A DNA stretch of 64,000 nucleotides from NCBI GenBank assembly GCA_964384235.1, contig CAYLJX010000004.1:15916-79915 (forward strand). Direction: 5' to 3'. The notes beneath the pieces were generated by a model. That model saw only the letters and a program-made list of their open reading frames with translations, was not told where the DNA came from and ran no database searches. Source of the stretch: an uncultured Bdellovibrionales bacterium (GTDB lineage Bacteria; Patescibacteriota; Minisyncoccia; Moranbacterales; UBA1568). Position 1 is the first letter of the stretch. Each line of letters begins with the position of its first letter. This document shows, piece after piece, positions 28,532-37,734 of this stretch. Both the position numbers and the translations under genes were made by a program.

Positions 28532-29156
28532 AGAGATGGAGGTTACGTAGGTCGACAAAAGACTCGATATTGACGTTGTTCGGGGCGCGCACCGGATCGA
28601 TGTTGACGAGGAGGTGCACCTTGACCAGCTGGATGTTGCCGACGCTCGTCGGCGTGGCAAGCGGATTGTTCACCGTATCGCCGGGATAATCGTCGTTGTA
28701 ATAGTAGAACACCGGGTCGTCGCTCTCGTTCACGATATACTCGGCCATGACGGTGACGGACTGGTCGCCGGCAGGATAACTGGGCGGGACCGAGCTGTCC
28801 GGTTCGGTCACGCCGACCTTCAGCTGATCGGTGGCAAGGTCGAGGAAATAGTGCACCCGTTCCGTCACACCGTCGTCATCGATATCGATATAGGCCGTCA
28901 GGTCGAAATCGTCCGCGGACTCGACGGGGTAGTCCCCGTTGTCCGCCTGCTTCGTCCCGCGGAGACCGATGACGACTTTGTTCGTCGCGCGCGAGGCCGT
29001 GGCCGAGGCCATGCCTTCCTCGAGGATGAACTTGTTGGCATCCCAGGTCCGGACGAAGAGCAGCGTGAATCCCTCCATGGCGATGAGTGCCACCGAGATG
29101 GCGACAAGCATCTCCATGAGCGTCATCCCCTTCAGTCGTTTTCGTGAGACAGGCAT
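28524..29156 (-). CDS. prepilin-type N-terminal cleavage/methylation domain protein (pilin/pseudopilin, 210 aa)
   Basis: Leader MPVSRKRLKG followed by MTLMEMLVAISVALIA (G-1, hydrophobic, E5). Confidence 0.7.
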   Translation of the reverse strand: MPVSRKRLKGMTLMEMLVAISVALIAMEGFTLLFVRTWDANKFILEEGMASATASRATNKVVIGLRGTKQADNGDYPVESADDFDLTAYIDIDDDGVTERVHYFLDLATDQLKVGVTEPDSSVPPSYPAGDQSVTVMAEYIVNESDDPVFYYYNDDYPGDTVNNPLATPTSVGNIQLVKVHLLVNIDPVRAPNNVNIESFVDLRNLHLYE

Positions 29157-29157
29157 A

Positions 29158-30567
29158 TCAATTGGGAGTCATCTGGATATTTTCCGTCACCAAGGCACTA
29201 CCGACACCGACGGTCTTCGTCTCGGTACCGAATCCCGAAGCGGTCACCTCGACATCGTATGAACCGTTGACCAGGGCCGGGAGCGACGTCGGGAAATACG
29301 CGATACCGTACTGGTCCGTCGTGACCGTCGCATCATATGGGACGGACGTATTGGTCAGCCGGACGCTCGCCCCGGAAACGGGAGAATCGTCCGCCGAGCT
29401 CTTCACCGTCACCTTCACGGAACCGATGTTCTTGTCGAGGAGGATCGCTTCCATCGTGCCGGACGATCCCGGGACGAGATCCATGACATCGGCCGTCGAC
29501 GATGTTTCCGGATGCATCTTGTAAAACTCGTAATCAGCGTCGGAAACGGTCAGCGTATACTGACCGTAACTCTGGTCGGAGTAGGTCTTCTCGCCGGAGC
29601 TGTCCGTGGTTGACGTATCGGAAAAACCATAGACGTTCGCTCCGGTACCCGCATCCGTCCCAAGGACCCGGCCGCCGGAGAGCGTGAAGCCGATATCCGG
29701 GACATCCGTACCGAACGGATCCTTGGTCCGGAGCGGGATATCGACGTTTTGGTCCATGACGATCGTCTTCTGATTGAGGGTAGCTTCCACGACCGAGGCA
29801 TGAACATCGACCGGGTTGTACGCGGACGTCGGATAGGACGCGTATGTGGTCGCACCGTAATAGCCGCCCTTGGAAACGGTGAGAGTATAGGCTTCGACAC
29901 CGGCCGGCGCACCGGGAAGCATCACGTTGCCGGTCGAATCGGTCGTGGCGGTCGTGTCGATGCTCGCACCCGAATTGACGATGCGCACGCTCGCGCCCGA
30001 TACCCCGCTCCCGGTCGCATCCAGGACATTGATGGAAAGCGTCCCGCCGCCGCCGGACGTCTCCACGCCGTTGGGAGAGAAATTTCCGAAGATGACGACT
30101 TTCTGGTCATCCCCTCCCCCTCCCCACTCGACCGTGAGGCGGACGCGCTTATAATCGGTCGAAACCGTGTCATTGGGCGAGCCGCCGATCGTTCCGTCGA
30201 ACGAGTCGTCGACGTACTGCACGAAGGTATGCACGTCGTATCTCACCGTGTTGACACTGATCGTCTCGTCCTCCAGGAGTTCGCCGCCCGGGATACCATA
30301 GAGCCACGCCGACCCGTTCCAGCGCTTGGTACCGATGTCGTCATAGGCGATGCTCCGGATGATCTCCATCTTCTGGTTAGCGAGAGCCGTCGCGCCGAGA
30401 CGGTTCTTGGACTCGATGATCATACGCGTCCCCGTAGCATACACCTGAAAGAAGACCACCCCAATCAGAGCGAAGATGAACAGGAAAACGAGGGATTCAA
30501 TCAGGGTGAAGCCCTTTAACTTTGTATCTTGTATTTTGTATCTTGTATTTTGTATTGAAGAATTCAT
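29158..30567 (-). CDS. large prepilin-type protein (about 470 aa)
   Basis: The start is placed at ATG 30567 with leader MNSSIQNTRYKIQDTKLKG, then FTLIESLVFLFIFALIGVV. The GGAG RBS is about 10 nt upstream. The ORF track start at 30588 is less likely. Confidence 0.7.
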   Translation of the reverse strand: MNSSIQNTRYKIQDTKLKGFTLIESLVFLFIFALIGVVFFQVYATGTRMIIESKNRLGATALANQKMEIIRSIAYDDIGTKRWNGSAWLYGIPGGELLEDETISVNTVRYDVHTFVQYVDDSFDGTIGGSPNDTVSTDYKRVRLTVEWGGGGDDQKVVIFGNFSPNGVETSGGGGTLSINVLDATGSGVSGASVRIVNSGASIDTTATTDSTGNVMLPGAPAGVEAYTLTVSKGGYYGATTYASYPTSAYNPVDVHASVVEATLNQKTIVMDQNVDIPLRTKDPFGTDVPDIGFTLSGGRVLGTDAGTGANVYGFSDTSTTDSSGEKTYSDQSYGQYTLTVSDADYEFYKMHPETSSTADVMDLVPGSSGTMEAILLDKNIGSVKVTVKSSADDSPVSGASVRLTNTSVPYDATVTTDQYGIAYFPTSLPALVNGSYDVEVTASGFGTETKTVGVGSALVTENIQMTPN

Positions 30568-30618
30568 AAAAGTCCGTCTCCGCATCATACGAGATACTTG
30601 ATACAGGATACGAAATAC
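30522..30618. repeat. inverted heptamer arrays: (TTGTATY)x5 at 30522-30556, 34-bp spacer, (NNGATAC)x4 at 30591-30618
   Basis: Read directly from the sequence. The first array encodes the prepilin leader residues IQNTRYKIQDTK. The second lies immediately after the pilC stop. The spacer holds the pilin RBS and ATG. Confidence 0.55.
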
Positions 30619-31839
30619 TTACTTTATGTTCTCGAGGACGGAATACATCGGTTGGAGCATAGCGACCGCGAAAAATCCCACGCCGCCACCGATGAGGAGC
30701 ATGAGGATCGGTTCGATGATGGAGGACATGTTCTTGGTGATCTGGGAGACTTCCTCCTCGTAGAATTCCGCCAGACGCTGCAGGACGACATCCGTCTTTC
30801 CCGTCTCCTCGCCCACCTCGAGGATCTGCGGCACGAGGATGGGGAAGATGCGCGGGTACTTGGCGATGATCTTGGAAAGGTCGACACCCTTCTGGATCTC
30901 CGCGATGGCTTCGGCCAGGGCATCCTTGTAATAGACGTTCCCCAGGGTCTTGGATACGATGGTAAGGCCGTTCACGACCGATATGCCGGATTTGAGGAGC
31001 GAACTGTAGATGCGGGCGAACCGGGCGCAATTCACCTTGATGACGATGTTGCCGACGATCGGCATCCGCACGAAGAGCATACCGAAGAAGCGTTTCCCTG
31101 CCGGCGTCCCGGCGAACATCTTGACGCCGATAATCGCCGCCGCGACGATAGCGACGCTCAGGATGGCATGCTCCCGAAGGAAATCGCTCAGCTTCATGAT
31201 GAACTGCGTCGTGGCCGGCAACTCGACGTTCATGTCCTTGAAGACGCCGGTGATCTTGGGCAGGATGTAGGTGAGCATGAGGATACCGATGCCGATCATC
31301 GCCACCACGATGACCGCCGGGTAGATGAGCGCGCCGCGCACCTTGGAGAGGAGGTCGTTTTCCTTCTCGAGCTGCAGGGCCAGGATGTCGAGCACTTCCT
31401 CGAGGTTGCCGGAGACCTCGCCGACCGAGATCATGTTGACGAAGAGTTCGTTGAAAACGCCCGGGAACTTGGCGAGTCCCTCGGAAAGCTGCTTGCCGCC
31501 CTGCACGTCCTCATAGACGCTTTCCAGGACCTTCTGGAAACGGACGTTCTTGGTCTGAAGGCTCAGGTTGTGTATGGCGCGCGATACCGTGAGACCCGAC
31601 GACACCATCACGGCGAGGTTCCGGGTAAAGACCATCTTCTCCTTGAGCGGCACCGTCTTGAAACGGTCGAAGAACTTGATTTGGATGCCGGTCGACTCTT
31701 CCAGAAGACGCTGCGACGTGAGCAAGAGCCCCTCGGCGCGGAGTTCCTGCGCCAGAGCCTTCTCGTCCTTGGCGTTCATCTCTCCACCCTTGGTCTCACC
31801 GGTGGAGATGTTTTTTGCAGTATATAAATATTTCGGCAT
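30619..31839 (-). CDS. pilC: type IV pilus / type II secretion platform protein (GspF/PilC family)
   Basis: 406 aa with the two GspF-domain repeats and three TM segments. The start is MPKYLYTAKNI. Confidence 0.85.
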   Translation of the reverse strand: MPKYLYTAKNISTGETKGGEMNAKDEKALAQELRAEGLLLTSQRLLEESTGIQIKFFDRFKTVPLKEKMVFTRNLAVMVSSGLTVSRAIHNLSLQTKNVRFQKVLESVYEDVQGGKQLSEGLAKFPGVFNELFVNMISVGEVSGNLEEVLDILALQLEKENDLLSKVRGALIYPAVIVVAMIGIGILMLTYILPKITGVFKDMNVELPATTQFIMKLSDFLREHAILSVAIVAAAIIGVKMFAGTPAGKRFFGMLFVRMPIVGNIVIKVNCARFARIYSSLLKSGISVVNGLTIVSKTLGNVYYKDALAEAIAEIQKGVDLSKIIAKYPRIFPILVPQILEVGEETGKTDVVLQRLAEFYEEEVSQITKNMSSIIEPILMLLIGGGVGFFAVAMLQPMYSVLENIK

Positions 31840-31859
31840 AGCCGATTTGGTATGTGTTT

Positions 31860-31900
31860 TTGTGTGATTCCATTATATCACACACGCCGGTTCCCTTGTC
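31860..31900 (-). promoter_or_regulatory. candidate pil promoter: extended -10 TGATATAAT (plus coords 31871-31879 as attatatca) overlapped by inverted repeat gtgtgat/atcacac
   Basis: The -10 is seen on the minus strand 25-35 nt upstream of the pilC ATG. The 7-bp inverted repeat 31861-31867 and 31877-31883 flanks it. Confidence 0.4.
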
Positions 31901-31917
31901 TCTTGTCGTTTGATCCC

Positions 31918-32841
31918 TTACGCGCCGAGACGCGCCTTGAACTGCTCGAACACCCTCGGGCCACGAGGCTTGGGAAGAAAGATGAGCGCGCGATCGTGCG
32001 CCTCGATGTGACTCCCCTCGAGAGCCGTCTTGGGATTGCGACGGATCTTTTCCTTCTGCCACGAGCCGAGCCAGTCTTCGACCGGGAAGAAATCCAGCAC
32101 CTGCTCGAGGAATCGCTGCACACTCACGGCCAGACGGGACGACGGCACCGACCACGTGCTCGCAATGAGCGTCGGAGCGAAGTTCGGCTGGTATTCGCGG
32201 ATCCAGCGGTTCTTGCGTTCGAACGTCTGATAAAGCGGAAAATTGATGAGTGGGATGAGGAAGCGGTACTCATGGGCCGAGTAGAGATCCTTGATCCCGA
32301 TCTCGAGATGATCGTCCGTCACGAAGTAGTTGAGACAGGCGCGATCGGTCACCTTGTTTCCGTGACGGCGCTTGCCGATCATATGGAGGAAGCCTGTGAG
32401 AACCGTCCGTCCCGTCCAGATCCTCCCCGACTTGAGCACGACGAACATGTCCCAGTCGCTCTTTTTGCTTCCGTGCTTCATCGAGAGGCTCCCGGTCGCT
32501 CCTACCATCCGGACATACGGCACGAAGGCGAGCAATCGCGCGAGGCGACGCTCCCGCTTGAGTTTCCGGACGGAGATCTTTTCCAGGCGGATGCGTTCTT
32601 CCACCAGTCGGTCGCGACCCTTGAGAAAAAAGAAGCCGTCTTTCCGTCCGAGTTTCTCCCGGCAAAAGTCGGAATCGAGGAGTGTGACGATATCGGACAG
32701 CTTGGATGGCACGGCGCACAGGTCGTTGTCACGCTCGTATACGATGAGGTGCCGCCATATCTCGAACGCCGTGAGCGGCATATCCATCACGTCGTAGTAC
32801 GTCACCGTCGCGAGAATATTTTTGGAAAGCTGGTACGACAT
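31918..32841 (-). CDS. pol-beta-superfamily nucleotidyltransferase-like protein (orphan)
   Basis: 307 aa. GATGSLSMKHGSKKSDWDMFVV fits the G[GS]-x(9-13)-DxD NTase motif. A later VTDDHLEIG may supply the third acidic residue. Confidence 0.5.
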   Translation of the reverse strand: MSYQLSKNILATVTYYDVMDMPLTAFEIWRHLIVYERDNDLCAVPSKLSDIVTLLDSDFCREKLGRKDGFFFLKGRDRLVEERIRLEKISVRKLKRERRLARLLAFVPYVRMVGATGSLSMKHGSKKSDWDMFVVLKSGRIWTGRTVLTGFLHMIGKRRHGNKVTDRACLNYFVTDDHLEIGIKDLYSAHEYRFLIPLINFPLYQTFERKNRWIREYQPNFAPTLIASTWSVPSSRLAVSVQRFLEQVLDFFPVEDWLGSWQKEKIRRNPKTALEGSHIEAHDRALIFLPKPRGPRVFEQFKARLGA

Positions 32842-32845
32842 AAGA

Positions 32846-32933
32846 GAGGCAATAGGCAGAAGGCAGAAGGCGGTCCAGAAAGAGCATTCTTATCTCATCC
32901 CTACTGCCTCAGTATCTATTGCCTACTGCCTAT
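32846..32933. repeat. inverted heptamer arrays: (NAGGCRR)x4 at 32846-32873, 28-bp spacer, (TGCCTNN) units at 32902-32933
   Basis: gaggcaa taggcag aaggcag aaggcgg ... tgcctca ... tgcctac tgcctat. The element fills the gap between the uvrA stop and the NTase start. It shares the gcctactgcctat 13-mer with 15278-15290. Confidence 0.5.
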
Positions 32934-35735
32934 CTACAAGTATTTCGAAGTAAAGCTCTTCTTGCAAGATTTCAGTTTGTTCGGCGGACCGGCGAAGATG
33001 AGCTCGCCGCCTTTTTCACCACCCTCGGGACCGAGTTCCAGAACCCAGTCCGCCGAGCGGATGACATCGGTGTTGTGCTCCACCACAAGGACGGTATTGC
33101 CTTTATCGACGAGCGCTTCGAGCACTTCGAGCAGTCGCCGCACGTCCTCGAAGTGCAGCCCGATGGTCGGTTCGTCGAGGATGTAGAGCGTCTTGCCGGT
33201 CGATTTGCGAGCAAGCTCGGTGGCAAGCTTGATACGCTGCGCCTCACCGCCGGAGAGGTTGGTCGCACTCTGACCGAGGACGAGGTAACCGAGGCCAACT
33301 TCTTCGAGCACGCGGAGTTTCTCCTCGATCATCGGCTGATCAAGGAAAAAGCGTCTCGCCTCCGTCACGGTCATGCGCAGGATCTGGGCGATGTTCATCC
33401 CGCGGTACTCGATGGAGAGCGTCTTCATGTTGTAACGCGTCCCCTGACAGACCTCGCACGGGATATAGACGTCCGGTAGGAGGTACATCTCGATCTTTTT
33501 CAGTCCCCCACCCTGGCACGTCTCACAGCGTCCGCCGCGCATATTGAAGGAAAAGTGGCTGGCGGAATACTTTTCCCGTTCAGCCTCCGGCGTCGCGGCG
33601 AAGAGGTCGCGGATGAGCCCAAAGACCCCGGTGTAGGTGGCAGCGTTGGAGCGCGGCGTGCGACCGATCGGATCCTGCGTCACGGCGATCACCTTGTCGA
33701 TATGGTCGAGACCCGTGATCTTCTTGTGCGCGCCCGGCTCGGCCTTGGCATGATAGAAATGCTTGGAGAGCGCCCTCGAGAGGATGTCATGGACGAGGCT
33801 CGACTTGCCGGAGCCGGAGACTCCGGAGACCGCGACGAGCATCCCGAGAGGGATCTTAGCATCGACGTTTCGGAGGTTATGCTCCGTCGCGCCGACGATC
33901 TCAATGGACTTGCCGGATCCTTTGCGGACTTTTTTCTTGGAAGAGACGCTTCGCTTACCGGAGAGGTACTGGCCGGTCAGGAGTTTGGAACGCATGAGCT
34001 TTTCCGGCGTCCCTTCGAAGATGACCTCGCCGCCCTCGCTCCCCGCACCGGGACCCATGTCGATGATATAGTCCGCTCGGCGCATGATGGCGACATCGTG
34101 CTCCACGACGACGAGGGAGTTGTTGGCCGAGCGCAGTTCCTCGAGTGCATTGATGAGCTTCTCCGTATCGCGGCTATGCAGCCCCACCGACGGTTCGTCC
34201 AGGACATAGATGATGCCGGAGAGTCCCGACTTCATCTGGACCGAGAGACGGATACGCTGCGCCTCGCCGCCGGAAAGGGTGTCAGCTCCGCGGGAAAGTT
34301 CGAGATAACCGAGACCCACCTTTTCCACCGAACGCACACGCATCTCCATCTCACGGAAGAGCGGATCGACGATGTCTTTCTCCCCGACTTTGAGAAGCGC
34401 CTCGCGCAGGGGTTTCAGTTCCGTGAGAAATTTCTCGACACTCCGGTCGACGATCTCGTTCATGGAGAGGCCGTTCACCTTGACCGACAACGATTCGGGC
34501 TTGAGCCGCTTGCCCTGGCAGTCCGGGCACGTCTTGGAAAGCATGTAGGTCTCGATCTCGGCGCGCAGATGGTCGGATTTGGTATCGCGGTATTTCTGCT
34601 CGAGGATCGGGATGACGCCGGGAAAAACATTTTCTTTCCCTCCCTCCTCTCCGAAGAGGACGAGCTTCATCTGCTTCGCGGACAGTTTCTTAACCGGGAT
34701 GTCGAGGGAAAATTTAGATTTCTTGGCGAGCTCACGAAGGAGCAACATCGGACCGCTCTGGGCGTGCCGATCACCGTTCATTTTGCTCCAGGGACGGATG
34801 GCACCTTCGGAAAACGAGAGGTTCTTGTTGGGGATGACGAGCTCCGGATCGAATTCCAGTGTCCGCCCGAGACCCGAACACTTTGGACAGGCCCCTTCGG
34901 GAGAGTTAAAGGAAAAATGACTCGGGGTGAACTCGGGCAGATGCACGTCGCACTCCTCGCAGCGGTACTCCTCGTTGTAGACGCGTTCCTCACCAGAACC
35001 GTTGATGCGAAGCGTGAGCGTCCCCTGTCCGACACGAAAAGCAGTCTGCAGGGAATCCAGGATGCGCTCCTTGTCCGGACGGACGGCGGAGAGCGCCATG
35101 CGATCGATGACGATACCGATGGTCGAGATATCCGAAGGAGAGGCTTCCGCAATAGCCTCGGCGATGGGGCGGATCTCGCCATGGAAGAGCACCCGAACAT
35201 ACCCCCACCCGTCGATCTGTGAGAGCACTTCTTTCTCCGTCTTTTCCACGAGGAGCGGACTGTAGGCCAAAAACGCGAGCGGCGTCTCATCGGGCAGAAG
35301 CAGGATCTCGTCGAGGATTTCCCGCACGCTCTTGCGTGAGAGCGTCTTGCCACACTGAGGACAATGTGGGACACCAAGCTTGGCGAAGAGGATACGCAGG
35401 TAGTCGTAGACCTCGGTCATGGTGCCGACCGTCGAGCGCGGAGAGCGCGACACGCTCTTCTGATCGATGGAGATGGCCGGCGAGAGGTTGTGAATGGCGT
35501 CCACGTCCGGCTTGTCGAAGCCTTCCATGAAGTTTCTCGCGTACGAGGAGAGCGATTCGACATAACGGCGGTTGGCCTCTGCAAAGAGCGTATCGAAGGC
35601 GAGCGATGACTTGCCCGAACCGGAGAGTCCCGTGATGACGACAAGCGAATCACGCGGGATATCGACCGAAACGTTCTTGAGATTATTGACACGCGCTCCC
35701 CGGACTTCGATCACCGACTTCTTGTTGTTTGGCAT
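32934..35735 (-). CDS. uvrA: excinuclease ABC subunit A (canonical, with insertion domain)
   Basis: 933 aa. Two ABC modules ([19 protein letters not shown]), zinc-finger cysteine pairs, and about 100 aa of insertion-domain region between CPKCSGLG and CPDCQGKRL. Confidence 0.9.
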   Translation of the reverse strand: MPNNKKSVIEVRGARVNNLKNVSVDIPRDSLVVITGLSGSGKSSLAFDTLFAEANRRYVESLSSYARNFMEGFDKPDVDAIHNLSPAISIDQKSVSRSPRSTVGTMTEVYDYLRILFAKLGVPHCPQCGKTLSRKSVREILDEILLLPDETPLAFLAYSPLLVEKTEKEVLSQIDGWGYVRVLFHGEIRPIAEAIAEASPSDISTIGIVIDRMALSAVRPDKERILDSLQTAFRVGQGTLTLRINGSGEERVYNEEYRCEECDVHLPEFTPSHFSFNSPEGACPKCSGLGRTLEFDPELVIPNKNLSFSEGAIRPWSKMNGDRHAQSGPMLLLRELAKKSKFSLDIPVKKLSAKQMKLVLFGEEGGKENVFPGVIPILEQKYRDTKSDHLRAEIETYMLSKTCPDCQGKRLKPESLSVKVNGLSMNEIVDRSVEKFLTELKPLREALLKVGEKDIVDPLFREMEMRVRSVEKVGLGYLELSRGADTLSGGEAQRIRLSVQMKSGLSGIIYVLDEPSVGLHSRDTEKLINALEELRSANNSLVVVEHDVAIMRRADYIIDMGPGAGSEGGEVIFEGTPEKLMRSKLLTGQYLSGKRSVSSKKKVRKGSGKSIEIVGATEHNLRNVDAKIPLGMLVAVSGVSGSGKSSLVHDILSRALSKHFYHAKAEPGAHKKITGLDHIDKVIAVTQDPIGRTPRSNAATYTGVFGLIRDLFAATPEAEREKYSASHFSFNMRGGRCETCQGGGLKKIEMYLLPDVYIPCEVCQGTRYNMKTLSIEYRGMNIAQILRMTVTEARRFFLDQPMIEEKLRVLEEVGLGYLVLGQSATNLSGGEAQRIKLATELARKSTGKTLYILDEPTIGLHFEDVRRLLEVLEALVDKGNTVLVVEHNTDVIRSADWVLELGPEGGEKGGELIFAGPPNKLKSCKKSFTSKYL

Positions 35736-35757
35736 ACCACCTTTATGCGCTAAAAAA

Positions 35758-35774
35758 GAGAAACATTGTTTCTC
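35758..35774. promoter_or_regulatory. perfect palindrome GAGAAACA-T-TGTTTCTC, 23 nt upstream of the uvrA start codon
   Basis: 8-bp arms with a 1-nt centre. Preceded by an A-run, and followed on the minus strand by a U-tract. Candidate operator or attenuator between uvrC and uvrA. Confidence 0.4.
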
Positions 35775-35828
35775 AGTCTACTCCCTTTTCCGAGCGTGGT
35801 CAATACGAGAAGGTATGTGGATAACCTG

Positions 35829-37166
35829 CTACCGCAGGAATTCCTTACCGCGACGGCGGCGATGAAAGACGATGGCAAAACGGTGGGCTTCGCCGTTCGC
35901 GAGGAGGATGTCTTTTTTGAAACGCTTGACGAGCGACTGGTCGCCGACGAAACTTTTCGGCTGGTGTCGCTCGTCCTTGACGACACCGAGCACGGGAATG
36001 GTGAGGTGCACTTGTCGCAGGACCGAGAGCGCGACGCTCCGCTGCAGTTCCCCTCCGTCTACCACTATCATATCCGGAAGCGACCATTCGGTATGCCCGA
36101 GACGCCGCGTGAGGATTTCCCTGAGAGCCGTGAGGTCGTTTCCTTGGTGATCGCCTCGCAGACGGAATTGCCGATATTCGTCCTTGTCCGGTCGACTCCC
36201 CTCCACTACTGTCATGACCCCGACGCTCGCCACTCCCTGGAGATGTGCCACGTCATACGCCTCAATCCGAATTCTTGATTCTTGATTCTCAATTCTTGAT
36301 TCTTCCTTGATGAGCGCTATATCCTGGATATGTTGCAACCCGTAGAGGGTGTTGCGAAGCTCGGCCGCCCGTTCGAATTCCATCGCCTTCGCCGCCGCCT
36401 TCATTTCCCGCTCGAGACCCTTCACGAGTTTCTGCTTGTGCCCCTCGAAGAAGAGTCGGATATGCTGGATGGTCCGGCCGTACTCCCGTACGCTCACCTC
36501 TCCCGTACACACCCCGGGACACAGTCCGATCTGCCTGTTGAAACACGGGCGCACGCCTGTGTCCCGGACTCGATCCGGGACCCTCCCGTTACCACGAGAT
36601 CCCGAATCGCGCTTCGCTTGTCCGGGATGCTTCGCCGTTCTTTCGAACGGCTCGCATTTGTCCCTATACGGAAACAGTTTTCGCACGATCTTCATCGCCT
36701 CTTTCAGTCCCAGTCCCGAGAGGAACGGACCGAACATGTATTTCACTTTCGCGTCGAACTTCCCCTGCTCGATGTCTCGGCCGCGAACGATGAGCACCCG
36801 CGGGAACGGCTCGTCCGTGATGACGACATGGTTGTAGCTCTTGTCGTCCTTGGCGTCGGTGTTGTAGGGCGGCTGATGCTCCTTGATGAGACGCGATTCG
36901 AGGATGAGCGCCTCAAGGACCGAATCGGTCTGCCGGTAGGCGATGTACGAGACCTTGGGCAGCATGAGCGCGATCTTGGGGCCTCTCGTCTCCATCAGGT
37001 CGCTTGCGAAATAGCTCCGCACCCGGTCGCGCAAGGACGTCGCCTTGCCGATATAGAGGAGCGTTTTGGTCTCATCCAGGAAGAAGTACACCCCTGGATG
37101 CTCCGGCAGGGCGTTCTTCTTCTGAAACGACAGAAGCGTATGCGATTTTTCCCACAGTGTAGCCAT
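35829..37166 (-). CDS. uvrC: excinuclease ABC subunit C (short form, no C-terminal HhH pair evident)
   Basis: GIY-YIG motif (GVYFFLDE...[13 protein letters not shown]), UvrBC-interaction region and endonuclease domain. The start is placed at ATG 37166 (MATLWEK...). The ORF track's 24-aa extension would overlap the divergent gene. Confidence 0.8.
   Translation of the reverse strand: MATLWEKSHTLLSFQKKNALPEHPGVYFFLDETKTLLYIGKATSLRDRVRSYFASDLMETRGPKIALMLPKVSYIAYRQTDSVLEALILESRLIKEHQPPYNTDAKDDKSYNHVVITDEPFPRVLIVRGRDIEQGKFDAKVKYMFGPFLSGLGLKEAMKIVRKLFPYRDKCEPFERTAKHPGQAKRDSGSRGNGRVPDRVRDTGVRPCFNRQIGLCPGVCTGEVSVREYGRTIQHIRLFFEGHKQKLVKGLEREMKAAAKAMEFERAAELRNTLYGLQHIQDIALIKEESRIENQESRIRIEAYDVAHLQGVASVGVMTVVEGSRPDKDEYRQFRLRGDHQGNDLTALREILTRRLGHTEWSLPDMIVVDGGELQRSVALSVLRQVHLTIPVLGVVKDERHQPKSFVGDQSLVKRFKKDILLANGEAHRFAIVFHRRRRGKEFLR
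36271..36305. repeat. tandem heptamer array (ATTCTTG)x5 embedded in frame in uvrC coding sequence
   Basis: attcttg attcttg attctca attcttg attcttc on the plus strand encodes ...[16 protein letters not shown]... in UvrC. It is the same unit family as the 10541-10640 intergenic element. Confidence 0.5.
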
Positions 37167-37214
37167 AAATCGTGTCAGTACTATTGACTTCCAAGATAAA
37201 AAGGAGTATAATGT

Positions 37215-37583
37215 ATGAAAGTTAATTTTACAACTCACTCACAAAGAAGGAGGTTGGTTGTGGGAAACAATGTCAACACTTACGACATGATGGCGAACGA
37301 AGTGTACACCGTCATGAAGTCACCGAAGGAATTTGATCTACAACTCTACCGGGGAGCATTCGCCACCGTGGCACATAGGCACGGGATATGGCATCATCAA
37401 TACGCTCCGACGTACAACCGCTATTTCAAGCAAGTGATGGACCGGGTAAAGAACCTCATCCAAAATCCTCGCGGACTACAACCGGTGACACCCTCCGCTA
37501 CTCTCACACCTCCCCCGACACATGTCTACCACCGGCAATATGTCGATAACAAGATGCTTGCCGCCGGCGACTACGACGACTGA
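37215..37583 (+). CDS. hypothetical protein
   Basis: 122 aa. AAAAGGAG RBS sits 8 nt upstream of the ATG. A clean intrinsic terminator lies downstream. An alternative GTG start lies at about 37259 after AAGGAGG. Confidence 0.5.
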   Translation: MKVNFTTHSQRRRLVVGNNVNTYDMMANEVYTVMKSPKEFDLQLYRGAFATVAHRHGIWHHQYAPTYNRYFKQVMDRVKNLIQNPRGLQPVTPSATLTPPPTHVYHRQYVDNKMLAAGDYDD

Positions 37584-37621
37584 CCTCCCCTCGCGCAACA
37601 CCACCTCCCTGCGAGGGATTC

Positions 37622-37663
37622 ACGGATACCAAGGACCACGTGCCATGGTATCCGTCTTTTTTT
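37622..37663 (+). terminator. rho-independent terminator
   Basis: 10-bp stem acggatacca / tggtatccgt (37622-37631 and 37646-37655) followed by ttttttt. Confidence 0.6.
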
Positions 37664-37734
37664 ATTGAATTTTTTCAAAAAGAAATCGGGTCGGGAACAT
37701 TCGCTCCCGACCCTTGTTTCATACCTACGCCGTT

